A stretch of 64,000 bases of DNA from Yuukianura sp. NJ FZ-2021 (Eukaryota), in assembly GCA_046563655.1 (NCBI GenBank), contig CM102289.1, positions 4,464,001 through 4,528,000 on the forward strand, given 5' to 3'. Each line of letters starts with the position of its first letter. Position 1 is the first letter of the stretch. The notes beneath the pieces were generated by a model. The model was not told the DNA's origin. It ran no database searches and saw nothing but the letters and a program-made list of their open reading frames with translations. Of this stretch, positions 13,306-26,369 are shown piece after piece. Made by a program: the position numbers and the translations under genes.

Positions 13306-15714
13306 CTAGTTGGTCATTGGCGCCACAATGCTTGGTACGACAACAAGTGTGGTTGTAGCGTTTCTAAATGTAACAGAATGATTAGAACGGTTGGGAAATC
13401 TACGTATATATTCGTAAACAAAATATTTTATCTCGCAAAGAAATATTATAATACAAAAAGAGAATCCTAGGAAAAGTAAATAGAAAGATGTTATAATATT
13501 ACCGCTTAGATTTAATTTTGAAGGCAAAGTCAACAACCTCTTAGTTTTCACATTCTCTTTCATAATCACATCACGAGCTGTTGGATTCCGCACTGGTTGC
13601 CATTTCTCCCACAGTTGAAAAATCCCTCCCGCCAAAAGTTTTTGTATTTTTGTATATACATACTCCTTTTCAATGCTGTAACCTCGCAGCATTTCATCAA
13701 TTGTCTCATTTCCTTTCCGAAAATTAAGTGTAGTGGGAACATGTATTTGGTTTTTAGATTTTGAGTTACGCATATTTTCATAGTTGGCTAAAAACAAATC
13801 CAAGTTAGACTCTAGGCCCATCAGGGCCATTTTGGTACATGGAGAAAGGATTTGGGCTAATTTTGTAACCACAAATTTGATATCCGTGTCGTGGTAGATG
13901 AAATTTTCGGCAAACGCAACAATTTCTGCAACGACAAACTTGCTTGGTAAACGGGAATGAATAACAAGTCCATTTAGTTCCATTTTGTCTGAACTGGTTT
14001 CTGTTTTGGACGCTATATTATAATTGTCACAAACTGGTATGCGAAATAAATCATCGTAGTTCGTTATTATATGCACTTCAGACATAGGTCGACATGTTGC
14101 ACGGTTTGATTTACTTAGCTGGACCATTTGCTGGAATGTCGGATTGTCTACGGCTTCAATTTGAACGAACGGACCAGGTTTAAGATCACTTGGGACACAA
14201 TCACAGATAATTTGGGTTTCAAGGTACGTAGCATTGATTGGAACGGCGGAGAAGTGGAACATTATAGTGTGATATTCAAGAAAATAGCGTTGGTATGTAT
14301 CCCAATCTTGAAGTATAACAAAGTCTTGTAGTTGTTTAGCTGTAAAGTATGTTTGGCTTATAGGTAACTGAGAAGATAAAAATGAAACTACAACGCCTCG
14401 ATAAGCATTTGTCAGAACAACTAACATCAAAGCCCACAAACTAATCACAAATTTTACATAATTTTTTCCATCTTTTTCCTTTGGAGGCTTTTGAGAAACG
14501 TCAAGTAAAGTGAGCGTAGTCACAAACAAAAAGTTGATCCAGTACATAAAAAATATTTTTACTTTCGAAATAGTATGGATTTTGAAATAGAAAGTAGTAC
14601 AAGTTAAAGCAACTAAACAACATCCTATAATTACACTAAACCAACAATAGTTATCGTATGGCGCGGAATAAAATTTAAACGTCACTATTTCATTTGAACC
14701 ATCACATGTTAAAAAGTTCACCTTATGCGATCCCCTTACCAACATAAACCTTTCACTTGCCCAATAGCTTGTTTCGAGATTAATTGTAAACATAAAAATT
14801 TCATACTTCAAGTGCATATCTGTATTTGGTCCAAAATTTCCTAGACTATTTGCATTGTCCGAAGAAACAAAAATTTCAACGTTCTCGTGAACAAGTAGTC
14901 GGAAATAGTCAAGCAGTGTTAAGTTTTTCCCAATTTGTAATTTCTTGAATGGATTTAAGGCCCCCTTCTTTCTTTCTATTTTTACATACTTTCGCAGCGT
15001 ATGCTGATAATACGTCTGCTCCGCTTTTTTCCGTACCTCTTCAATCATTTGCATTACAGATATGGAAAACGGCATGTTGGTGAACTTTGTTTCAACAGAA
15101 CGGAAATTGTACTGGAATAATACAGTATCAATAACTGTTGTGTTCTGATCAGTACCATTCAAGCCGAAGATTGCAACAGGAAAAAAAAGGACGGGATTCG
15201 TTGAAAAATAATAATCGATCTTAAAATAATCAACCCGAGATATCGGATTCAAGTCTATTATGTGAATGATAACACCTAAGGTAAACGTTAAATAATTGTT
15301 TGCCTTTGCTGCATTGAAACATACGTTTTGTTTTGCTTTCTCCTGTCTCACCATATTATTAAACCAAAGAGTTGGAAAGAGGATAAATACTGTAAAATAT
15401 CTGAGCTTAATTGCTCTGTTCTCCATTCCACCCAAATGCATACTGAGGAAATCAAACAGCACACTTTCAATGGAGTTACCGCAGTTGACACTATGTAATG
15501 TTTTTACGTAGTACAGTTTAACCGGAACTTTAAATCCTTGTGTGATTTCGAGGTGTCTGTAACCTGGTAGTACTAATAAATTGTCACTATTTGGAAACTG
15601 ATCTACAAGGAGATTCAGATTTGTCACTTGAATTGATTCTGGGATCAAATTTAAATTGACAACAACAAATTGATGGAAAAATACGACAAAACCAATTTCA
15701 AAATTTAGCTCCAT
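13306..15714 (-). CDS. Intronless divergent ionotropic receptor (IR/iGluR-like), ~802 aa
   Basis: Single ORF from ATG 15714. NFLTC...FYSAPYDNYCW precedes M1; WALMLVVLTNAYRGVVVSFL is M3-like; KLLAGGIFQLWEKW and KLNLSGNIITSFYLLFLGFSFCIIIFLCEI (M4) follow, as in divergent arthropod IRs. Confidence 0.82.
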   Translation of the reverse strand: MELNFEIGFVVFFHQFVVVNLNLIPESIQVTNLNLLVDQFPNSDNLLVLPGYRHLEITQGFKVPVKLYYVKTLHSVNCGNSIESVLFDFLSMHLGGMENRAIKLRYFTVFILFPTLWFNNMVRQEKAKQNVCFNAAKANNYLTFTLGVIIHIIDLNPISRVDYFKIDYYFSTNPVLFFPVAIFGLNGTDQNTTVIDTVLFQYNFRSVETKFTNMPFSISVMQMIEEVRKKAEQTYYQHTLRKYVKIERKKGALNPFKKLQIGKNLTLLDYFRLLVHENVEIFVSSDNANSLGNFGPNTDMHLKYEIFMFTINLETSYWASERFMLVRGSHKVNFLTCDGSNEIVTFKFYSAPYDNYCWFSVIIGCCLVALTCTTFYFKIHTISKVKIFFMYWINFLFVTTLTLLDVSQKPPKEKDGKNYVKFVISLWALMLVVLTNAYRGVVVSFLSSQLPISQTYFTAKQLQDFVILQDWDTYQRYFLEYHTIMFHFSAVPINATYLETQIICDCVPSDLKPGPFVQIEAVDNPTFQQMVQLSKSNRATCRPMSEVHIITNYDDLFRIPVCDNYNIASKTETSSDKMELNGLVIHSRLPSKFVVAEIVAFAENFIYHDTDIKFVVTKLAQILSPCTKMALMGLESNLDLFLANYENMRNSKSKNQIHVPTTLNFRKGNETIDEMLRGYSIEKEYVYTKIQKLLAGGIFQLWEKWQPVRNPTARDVIMKENVKTKRLLTLPSKLNLSGNIITSFYLLFLGFSFCIIIFLCEIKYFVYEYIRRFPNRSNHSVTFRNATTTLVVVPSIVAPMTN

Positions 15715-16501
15715 TTGCTTTTTTTTATTGTAAAGTACCAAACACTATCGGCAAACGTTAAGTACTGCGGTGGAACAACGACGTACTAGTCAATTTAACC
15801 CCTGTGTCTAATATTTAAGTCATAATGTTGTGCAAAATTTGTTTTGAAGATACCCTTGTTCAATTGTTTATGCTTCACTTTTTTAATTGATGTGGCCGAA
15901 TCCTTCCAGATAAATTGTAGCCAAAGTGTGGCCAAAGTGGCCAAAGTTTAACTAAATTGTGGCCAAACTTTGTAGTCAAATGGAGCCAAAATAATAGGAG
16001 TATGAAGAGTAATAGGCGTTCGTGCTTTAGTAAGAAGAGATAGCTTTTTCAAGGATCCACCTTGTCTGTCCGTTATTATTTTCCAAAAGGAGTTGTTAAC
16101 ATGCGTAAATCTGGCGGCATTGAGGCTGATCCAGCAGTGCATAGCTCTTAAAATAATAATAAAAAAGGAACATGGTTTAATTTGATTTTTACTTAACTCT
16201 ATTTGCCGTTGAAAATTTATTTTTGTCCGACTACACTCTAAACACAAAAAGTAAGTTTTAGAAGAACTTGTTTTTTAAAAAATTATTTTTGAAACTAAAA
16301 AATAACTAGAGCACTTGAAAATTTTGAATTAAACAAATTGCAAAACTGTCCGGGCCACGGTAGTTCAAGTTTTCTGAAGAATGTCATTTTAGTTTAAATT
16401 TTATACGTAAATGAATCCGATTGAAAAAAGCTTACATATGTCAACAAGAATCCAATTATTAGTATGTGCAGTAATTTTTAATGCTCGTCGAAAATATGTT
16501 T

Positions 16502-16822
16502 CTAGGGTGGGGAACTTTGACTTGTAGCAACACAATGCTGTAATAGGTTATCACAAGCACCCATAATCTTATAAAATGCAAATGTAGAATTGAAAAGTAG
16601 TATTTGAATTGACCCAGAATGTAAAATTGTGATGAATAACATTATAAATTACACTAATTTGAGTGCTTAAAGTGGTGAGTAGTAATTTTTGATAAAAAAA
16701 AATCTGAAAGCTGTTAGTTGAAACTTCACATTTGCAACTAAATTGGTTAAGTAAAACAATCCATCAAGGTTTGAAACAAGAATGTGAGAAATCGTACAAT
16801 CTTTTCGGCTAGCAACTTTCGC
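16502..16822 (-). pseudogene. Inverted, frameshifted remnant of the last two exons of a family-1 gustatory receptor
   Basis: Reverse complement reads ...ILVSNLDGLFYLTNLVANVKFQLTAFRFF... and IMGA/VITY/SIVLLQ with indels, homologous to exons 2-3 of the Grs at 11007 and 17342. Exon 1 is absent. Confidence 0.85.
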
Positions 16823-17341
16823 TAAAGCAAAACCAGAGTTATAAATTTAGATATGTGTTGATGTTCAAACTGGAAAATGCATTTGTTCTACGCTAAGCTG
16901 CGCACGATGGGAATTGTACGGTAAAAAGCTCAACCATTTTCTATTGTAACAATGAAAGACATGGTCCAATGAAAGGAACTTTAATCCACTAGTATTGCAA
17001 AAGCTCTTGTCCAAAATTGTTTGCCAGTTGAAGTTGAACAGTCCAAAGTTGAACAGTATAAGAAAAGAAGACACGTCTTAAGAATTTCTAAAGTTTGTTT
17101 TAAACTTCTTTTTGAGGTAATGTGATTAAATTATTTTGTTGCCAAATTCGAGTGACAAACAAGTACCAAATTGAAATTGGACTTTAGAAATTTTGCACCT
17201 TAGGTAGCTAGAGAACGCTCAACTTGCATCACTTTGCTTCTTTCTTTCGCATAGATATTTTTGGTTATGTCAGAGTAGTGCAGCAATTTAAAAAAAATTG
17301 GAAATTTTGAAAAGAAAAAACTGCATAATCTTAAACATAAA

Positions 17342-18726
17342 ATGGTTACAGTATCCGATTTTGTTGTGATACAAAAGCTTGCTCAATTCGGAGCCGTCTC
17401 AGGAGTTTTCCCAATTTCAAATTTGCAAAATCCAAAATTTTTGCTAAAATGGACAAGTCTTTGGGGAATTTGGGCAATACTAATTTTTTGTTTTAATGTT
17501 ATTGCGCTCTGTTCCACTGTTGAATTCATAGTGTCTACACATCTTCAGGGGTTAAATACTTTCCCAGGAGGGAATAGTTATATCGCAACCTTGATTAAAC
17601 TGTACATCTTTTCCAGTTTTACTTCTGATTTGATTTGCTACGCAGCTTACATTTATTCGCTACCGCGAACAATGAAATTGTTCAGCTGCCTTACGGATTA
17701 CATCCACAACAACAGACACCAATGCGGTTATACCGTCAAAAAACTTTTTCTAATTTTATCCCCTTGTTTTGTATTTTTTGTTAGGTTTCTAATAACAGCT
17801 TGTTTCACTGTTCTTAAAATCAAAGTTCAAGATTCTTACGAAATGTTTGGAGTGAAGATTCCTGTTAAAATTTTGGCTGCAACTTACACAATAACATCTC
17901 TGTTGATTGAAACCGCAGAGTTATTTTTTACAGCGCTGGTTTCCTTGGTAACATCAATAATTGAACGCAGACTACTCGATATTGAGAAGTTCCTTTCATT
18001 ACAAAATGAAACGGACATAGTTTGCACAAAGTCGAAAGATCAATTGTGGTACCATAGAAACAGGTTGTCGAAGTTAGATCTTGAAAATACGGCAGTAAAT
18101 ATAGTACAACTTTGCAAAATTTTCAAGCAATTTTTGATTGCAATTCAGTTGGTTTTAAGCTTACAGCTTGGATTTGGTACTTTCATCTTTACAATTTACT
18201 CGTTCCATAGTTTCAACACATTGATAAGCAAATCTTTCCCGTTCCCATTCGTTTTCCACTTTACACATTACCTCACGTGGGCGATAATGTTGTACAGAAT
18301 TGTATGGATAGTCAACTGTGGAGAACGCATCGCAACGAGGGTAAAAAATGATTTAGTCTTTCCTGGAAATTTCAAAAAAAAAATTATAGAAAGTGTAAAG
18401 TTATTTTAAAGTTTGGTATTGTTTTAGAGAAATTTGCTAGCAGAAAAGATTGCTACTATTCCGCCGATGCTGGTTTCAGATCTCGATGGACTGTTTTACT
18501 TGTCCAACTTGGTAACTAATGTGAAGTTTCAACTGACAGCATTTGGATTTTTTAAAATTAACAGATCACTATTCACCTCTGTAAGTATGAAACTCGTGTT
18601 AATTTATCATTTTCAATTCCTGTTTAATCCAGGGCTTTTTGATTTTACATGTGTGGTTTATAGATTATGGGTGCTGTAATAACCTACAGCATTGTGCTCC
18701 TACAATTCAAAATTTCCCCACCATAG
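17342..18726 (+). CDS. Gustatory receptor, family-1 copy B, 3 exons
   Basis: Paralog of the 11007 gene. Exons 17342-18340, 18428-18580 and 18664-18726, with the identical terminal peptide IMGAVITYSIVLLQFKISPP*. Confidence 0.92.
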
Positions 18727-18845
18727 GAGCATGTTTTCGACTTATATATCTAGCCTCTCCTTTTACAAACTTGAATTTAACTTGTTAATGCTTAAAATAT
18801 ATTTTTAATCAAACATGTTTCAAAATTTTACGTTTTTATTATATG

Positions 18846-20352
18846 TTAGTGATAACTTCTTCGGTATTGCTTTTTAATCTTAGTACATTTCCTTGGCATT
18901 AAAATGTATTCCGCGTCCGCAACCGCAACGCATTTCAATCCATCCTCGCAATAAATTTGAAAATGCACTTGTGATTCGCCTCCCCGTCGCAACTTGTTGT
19001 CGGATACAAATGGATGTAGTGGATACACAGGCGACAGTTTGCGATCTTCAACCTCCGACAAATCCAACACACCACAGCGTCCACCCTCTTCCGCTTCACA
19101 TCTATGCGTTTTGGCGTTCCACTTCAGTCCAGAATCTACGCAGGCGCATTTCCCATCTACACAAGCCAAGGCAGCCACTTGGTTGCAGTAAGGCTCCGGG
19201 ATGTGGATGGATCCGTTGGCAGTGTATGGGGGAGTACATGCTCTTCCGTGGCTCAAGTGACACCGCCCCGCTGTGTTTGCTACAAGGCTGGTGTCACAGT
19301 TGCAGCGACCTTTGACACAAGTTGAATGCGGAGCACATTTGGTGGGGGAGTCCTTGGAACAAGCAGCTCCCTCTAATGCATAACATTCAGCGGCGGAATT
19401 TTCAAATTTCATAAATCTTGAATTTAGGCCTGCTCTACATTGGCATATTCCGTTGATACAGCCAAGAGATCTACATAAAAAAAAATTCAAAAATTAGTCA
19501 TAAAAAGTTTTTAAATAATTTTTACTTAAATTCTTACTTGTGGTAGCAGGGTGACTTTTTCGAACATTCGACATGGTAGTCGGGGAGACATTTTCCATCA
19601 GGAGTTGCTTGGTAGCCAATGATACATTCACATTTATGTATTTTTCCACGGTTCATCCATGCCATCCTCCTTTCGTCCTCGTAGTGATAGTAGTAGTGAT
19701 TGTTTCGGTCGTATTTAGCCAAAACGTTTTTTGTGTAACAACACCACGCATTCTGGGTGCACTGGGTCTCAGAGGTACAATTTCCACCGAGTGGAACTGC
19801 GCAGCCAACTTCAGACTCATAGACAGTCTCGTTATCTGCACAGATACAAGTCCCTTTCGGTCCACAGGTCAGAAGCAACCTGCTGTCGCAGGTACGACCT
19901 TGTTCCTTTTGAATCTTGTCCGAACAGGCTTCGTTGTATTGGAGCGCAGGAATGCATTTCTTCTTGAGAATATCGAACTCGTACCTTGGTTTGCACAAAC
20001 AAAATGTGTCGTCGGGGTATATGTTTCTCATAACGTAGCTGTAATCTTTCTTCTGGAGATGTACATCAACAGACTCTGGGAGGTGAACTTTATTAGATAC
20101 ATCTGTACATGTGAGGTTGCTAGGGCAGCCTGTTTCCGAGCACCGTGAGTAATAGCCATTGACACAAGTCTCCGTGTTGTTGTCATAGCGACCGTCCCTA
20201 CATGTACATACTTTTGTACTAGGTTCGCAGTATAAGGGAAAGGTGCAACTTTCGGGTAGTTCGCACTTGTCACCAAACCAAGGAGATCCTACTACAAGCT
20301 CAACTAAACCCAGTCCTAACAACAGAACCAGCCGCATAACTTTCTCGTCCAT
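18846..20352 (-). CDS. Secreted Cys-rich repeat protein (EB-module/EGF-like), 2 exons, ~480 aa
   Basis: Signal peptide MRLVLLLGLGLVELVVG; repeated Cys modules ending in CxC. Exons 20352-19538 and 19470-18846 join in phase (CYHK-SLGCING). Confidence 0.8.
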
Positions 20353-21163
20353 ACTTTTTCGGTAATTTTTTTTAGTAAAGATTTGAATTTTTATGTAGAT
20401 GTAGATTTCAGTTACACAACATAGAAAGTGATAAGCAATAAACCTGATTTGCTTTCAAAGCGTTTGGTTTAAATACGGTCGGTCACGTGCTGTTTGTATT
20501 AGTTAATTTTAAAGATATCATTCGTGATTAGTTTTCTTTCAAAATGCAACCGGAAGTTAAATAGAAGAAATCATTGATCAGCGGCCAATCAATTTGCTGC
20601 TCAATTTAACCAGGAATTAACTGCACTTACCAAAAGATATTAAATACTCTATTTGTCACGCGAACGTATTTAGAATAATATGAATTTGAAATAAACCGCC
20701 TCAATTGTGGCCTTGAAATATCAAGTTGAATGTTCATCACAAGGATACTAACGGAGGGGAAGGATTTTTTGTTGAAAAAAAAATTGATTTGGTGTCACGA
20801 CACATATGTCAATTGAATTTGGTGTAATTGGAGACGACGTTTTTGCGCAATTTTCGGACTGGACTGATGAGTGAGCTAAGCCACTTCTACCCCAATTTAG
20901 GCTCAAGTCACCCCTGGTACTGTGTGTCGAATGTGGACACGATGTCTTTTGTGCAGAGAATGTAATACATCTTTATGTCATTCAGCCGTTTCTGGTGTAA
21001 TGACAAAAAGACAGATTGACATTGTACTTAAACCTAACTTCCTTATTCGTGACGAATTGAAATTTTTCGAAATATTGATTTTTTTCAAACACCATCACAC
21101 CTTCTAACTTCATACAGGATGCATTTGGAAAAAGTGACAATTAGGCTGGGAAATTCACTAAAG

Positions 21164-21211
21164 TGTAACTTCCTTATTCCTTGTAACTTCCTTATTCCTT
21201 GTAACTTCCTT
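21164..21211. repeat. 18-bp tandem repeat (TGTAACTTCCTTATTCCT) x~2.6
   Basis: Read directly from the sequence. Confidence 0.8.
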
Positions 21212-21530
21212 GAATTTTAGTAAAGCTACTGTCGATTTTAATTTTGAAATTAATCCAATGATTTATTGACGAGGAATTCTTGAGAGTTACAAATATTTGT
21301 AGATAGAGTTTCAAAAAACAATTTTCTAATCTGTTTTGAAACTGGGCCATCACTGAAGCGTTGTAACCGACATTTTTGAGTGAATTTTTTTGTTTGTGTG
21401 TGTGTTTAGTTTCCATTATAAATGCATCAATTTAATTCCTAAAAACACTTATAATAGCTTCTATTCTTACAAAAGTACTTCCTATAACGTTCATATTTTA
21501 AAAAGCGTAAACAAATTACTTGCACCGCGA

Positions 21531-24028
21531 CTACTTTTGTGATTCAAACTGGATGATCACCACGGAGAAAGTCAGGATTAATCCACAGACCTAACAAAAT
21601 TTTATACATTTCACACATTTTTTTTTATAAAAATTCTATAAATATCATTAAAAATTTCTTTTACTGTTCCGAGGAACGACGAGTCGAGGCTAATGAACGC
21701 GAATGGTTTGATTGCCCAATCCGCCGAAGAAATTTCGCACATCAAAAGTACGAGCTCACTTTCTTGAAATAGCACAAAGTTTTTCCGAACAATAATCCAG
21801 TTGTGGAAAATTGACTTCGCCTAAACATTTTCGTTAGATATGTGAAAATGAATAATTAGGCTTAATTTATTAATATACAAACTGAATAGATAATTTGTGC
21901 TGATATTTATGACTTATGCTTACTTTGGCTTTGAACCACGCCGCGCAAATCAAGAACAGGATTGGGATCATAGCAAAGCTAATGCTTTCAATGTGCATTA
22001 CCGCTCCAGTTGGCTGGATTACTTGAGGAATACACTTAATAACAGTCGGAATGCCACCAAATACGCAACCGCAAACTGCCAATCCAGCCGCTCTGTTCAG
22101 CAACTCAACCATGGTTCGAAATTTTCGAAATTCTGCCATTCCCTATGACGAATTTAGTTTTTTTATAATGTAGAAACTTAAAGTTTTACCTGAACTTATA
22201 AATTTATTAATGTTTTATTTAAAAAACTCATCTTAAATTTACGAAAAAATAGAATGTCAACTTACGTCCTGTGGTATTATACTGTTTGCCTTTTTCTCAA
22301 GATGTAGAATGAATAGGTACATTTGGAGCATCACAATGAGCATGAGCGTTATACCAGCAGATTTAAATAAAACCATGATCCATTCCGCTAGCATTCCAGA
22401 CACATAAGCAATATGAACCGCATATTCCGTCCAAGTACCAGTTTTAACATAGTCCAGAAATATCAAACTACGACCCCACCATGCCATTCCATTGTAGTAT
22501 TTCGCATAATTCCACTCATTCCATTCCATAAAGCGCAAAATTTCTATGGCTTCATACAGAGCAGTTGTTATGGAAATAAAAATAAAGATTTTCCGCTTTC
22601 CCTAAAATCACAATTTGAAAGTTAAATATAGAAAAATCACAAAGGAGGGTTTGCGTTAAGGTCATTTTTTGGGCCCAATGACCATATATGGAAATTGTGT
22701 AAATTTTGTTGCACAAGTTACCACCATTCGGGTTTTGAATTGCACAAATTCCATTTTTCGGGTTTTTACATTGCACATATTCCACTTTCCGGGTTTTTAC
22801 ATTGCACCATGTACCACATTTCGGGTTGTTATATTGCACAAGTACCACTTTTAGGTTTTTTTTTAAGCTGCACACTTAAACTTTTGGTTGACGAACTGCA
22901 CAATTCGCAGGTTACCAGTTTTGGACATTGCACAATTTCAAATTTTTGAATTTGTGCACTGCAAACTTTAAACCTTTTCTATTTTTAACACGAATCGTCC
23001 CTCCTTTTCGGTTATCGGCATGATGCACCTGCATACTTTTGCGTTTTTATATTGCATAAAGTGCAATGTTTTTAGTTTCTGATGTTGCACAATTTCAAAT
23101 TATTTAGCTGTAAGAGGTGCACAACTGACCACTTTTCAGTTTTTATGCTGCACAAATTCCACTTTTCGGTTTTTCTCCTGCACAAATTCCACTTTTTGGT
23201 CTTTCTTCTGCACAAACTCCACGTTTCGGTTTTGCGTGCTGTACAATTCCAAACTTTGGCGACTTCAGTTTGTTATTTCAACATAAAATATACAAAGCAA
23301 CAAACGTTGACTAGGCATTTCTTTAAGATTTTTAGCGAAAGTGCAGCTTTTGCGGTGAAAGTGCCAAAAGGCAATGACCAAATTCACATACAAGGACTCC
23401 TGGCCACATCACGAAATTTCGGCCCTTACTTGCTAAGGCCATGATTGATCTACTGTGAAATTTTTGTAATGTGGCCAATAGTCCTTCCCCAGATTTACGG
23501 GGGCCCAATTCACCCGTAATAATCGAAAACGTCCTTTAAAATTTTGTAATGAAATATTTATATTTTTTTTCCAACATTTTTGATTGGTGCTGTTCCGAGT
23601 GTTGCTTTTACTGCCGACGTTTGACTGTAGTTGATGAGATCTGCAAATTGAGTTCCTCTTTGCCAAGAAGTTACGAGAAGGCAACTGGCTTCAAAAAAGA
23701 GTCCAAAAACACTTGCTTTCTCAAAATAGTTTATTTGCCTAGTATAATTATTATGTGGACTTTCAGTTGAAGTCAGGTTGCGAACCCATGCATAAAGGCT
23801 CAGGAATAATATCACTGCAGCACAGACGCTTAGAATCTAAAAAAAATTTTTCGTAATTTTATTAAAAAAAATAACATTTTTGGAAATAATTCGTACCTTA
23901 CGAATGCGACTGCTGGTAACTTCCCAAACCTTTGTCTCTGGGTTGATTTTGAGTTTGCAAGGACTTATCCCAAGTCGATACCAAAATTCAATGTACGTTA
24001 CAAAGCAGTCCGATATGCTTATGTCCAT
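21531..24028 (-). CDS. Gustatory receptor, family-2 copy A, 6 exons (intron-2 donor possibly damaged)
   Basis: MDISISDCFVTYIEFWYRLGISP...; penultimate exon IKPFAFISLDSSFLGT; last exon VCGLILTFSVVIIQFESQK* (Gr-type T-x5-QF). Intron 2 is enlarged by a repeat insertion. Confidence 0.8.
22640..23510. repeat. Minisatellite-bearing insertion in Gr intron 2 (~31-bp unit, consensus TTGCACAAATTCCACTTTTCGGGTTTTTAYA)
   Basis: More than 10 degenerate units at ~22709-23260, plus an imperfect hairpin at ~23394-23485. Absent from the ~80-bp corresponding intron of the paralog. Confidence 0.75.
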
Positions 24029-24724
24029 ATTCTTCTGCTTCGTTGAAACTGTTTCTTTTAATGTTAAAGGCAATCGCACAATTTATTGACTGCAAAGCAA
24101 TTTTTGAGTGTTAAGTGTTTGTTGACCAAGTTTCCAAAAAAATTAGTTTCTTTTTGGAAACCGGCGTGGAGTATCTATCTACTAAATTGGTGTAACGCCC
24201 GGTCTTTGAGTGCTCGTCTAATTTTCAAATTGAATTCATCAATTTAGTTCAAATTAGAAAATGACTCAATGATTTTGTCATGGAGTTTTTTATTTTTCTT
24301 TCTCAGCTGGTGTAGAAATGAGCGCCTTAATCCTTTCACAATGTCAAATACGTCCCTATAATTTGCTGTTATGTGGTGTCAATTTTGTTAATGAAAGCAT
24401 TTCTATTTGCCGTTTGGCTAGCCACGCCTAAAAAATGTTAATTTATGCAACCCATTACAGAAAATATTGCAAATTTGGAACAATATTGCAAATATCTAAA
24501 TGGTTGACGCTTCACTACAGGATACACCAATAGTCTGAACCAAAAATACTGGTCGAAATCATCAATTTTAAGTGAAAATAAGTTTTCCACAATGGTGGAA
24601 ATAAATTTCAAACGTCAGAAGGTAACGTTTTGAAAATATTTTACGAAGAGGTTTAATTTTGTTCACACAAACAGTTACGTCAATTGCTCCTCAAGACGTT
24701 AAAATCGAGTAACTTGCAACAAAT

Positions 24725-26369
24725 CTACTTTTGTGATTCAAACTGTATGATCACCATAGAGAAAGTCAAGGTCAATCCGCAGACCTATTAAAACACTATT
24801 ATAAATTTAGTATACTTTTTTTTTTTAATAAATACCCTGAATTTCCTTACTGTGCCAAGGAACGACGAGTCGAGACTAATGAACTCAAATGGTTTGATTG
24901 CCAATTTCTCCGACGAAATTTCGTGCAACAACATTACGAGATCACTTTCTTGAAATAGCACAAAGTTTTTCCGAACAACAATCCAGTTGTGGAAAATTGC
25001 CTTGGCCTGAAAATTTCAGTTTGAAATGTAGAAGCAAAGCACATAAGCAAGAATTATTTTAACGAAATTTATTTACGTTCGAGCTAAACTTATAATATTT
25101 ATATTTATGGCTTATGCTTACTTTGGCGTTGAACCATGCCGCGCAAACCAAAAACAGTAGTGGGATCATAGCAAAAACTATACTGTTGATGAGCATTACG
25201 ACTCCAATTGGCTGAATTGCTTGGGGAATGCACTTGATAAGAGCCGGAATGCAACCAAATGCGCAACCGCAAACAGCCAACCCAGTGGCTCTGTTCAGCA
25301 ATTCAACCATAGTTCGAAATTTGCGAAATTCTTGTACTCCCTATAAAGAATTTAGTTTTTTGTTATAATAAATATTATAAAAACTTTCAACGTTAAATAT
25401 TAAAATGGTCAAAGACGAAATAATTTTTCAATTAAAATTCACTTTTTTAATATAAATCGTTTATTACCCTACAAAAATAAGGTGTGAACTTACGTAATCT
25501 GAGGTCATATTGTTTGCCTTTTTTTCTAGATGTAGAATGAGCCTATACATTTGGAGCATTAGGAGCAGCATGAACGTTACTCCGGCAGATCTGAATAAAG
25601 TGAAGACCAATTTTGCTACAATCCCAAATAAAAATCCAATATGATCCGCATATTCCGTCCAAGTACCAAATTTAACAGATTCCAGAAATATCAACCCACG
25701 ACCCCACCATGCCATTCCATCGTAAAGAGAAACAAAGTTCCAGGAATTCCATTCGAGATAGCGCAAGTATTCTGTGACTACATAAAGAGCCGTCACAGTG
25801 GAGATAAAAACCAACGTTTTGCGTTTTCCCTTATTAAATCACAATTTGAAAGTTAAATATAAAAACATTACAGCTTTTCAATTTTTAAAACATTTTAAAT
25901 TGTTTAAACTTTTGCCACATTTTTGATAGGTGCTGTTCCAAGCGTTGCTTTTACAGCCGATGTCTGACTGTAATTGATGAGATCTGCAAATTGAGTTCCT
26001 CTTTGCCAAAAAGATACGAGAAAGCAAGACGCTTTAAAAAAGAGTCCAAAAACGCTTGCTTTTTCAAAATAGTTTAGTTGCTTGTTTAATTTTTTCGTGT
26101 TTTCACTGGAATTAAGGTACCGAACCCATGAATAAATGCTCAGGATAAATATCACAGCAACACAGGTGCTTAGAATCTGAAGAAAAAAGTTAACAATTTC
26201 ATGAAAAAAAAAACATTTTGACGTGAATTTGTACCTTGTGAATACGACTGCTTCTAACTTCCCAAACCTTTGTTTCTGGGTTGATTTTGAGTTTGCATGG
26301 ACTTATCCCAAGGCGATACCAAAATTCAATGTACGTTACGAAGCAGTCCGATATGCTTGCGTCTATCAT
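24725..26369 (-). CDS. Gustatory receptor, family-2 copy B, 6 exons
   Basis: Tandem paralog of 21531-24028. Starts MIDASISDCFVTYIEFWYRLG; last exon VCGLTLTFSMVIIQFESQK*; the junctions checked are GT-AG. Confidence 0.85.

Noticed and set aside
22709..23260. ~31-bp repeats resembling a CRISPR array
   Set aside because: Degenerate head-to-tail units without unique spacers, no cas genes, and located in a eukaryotic intron: a minisatellite.
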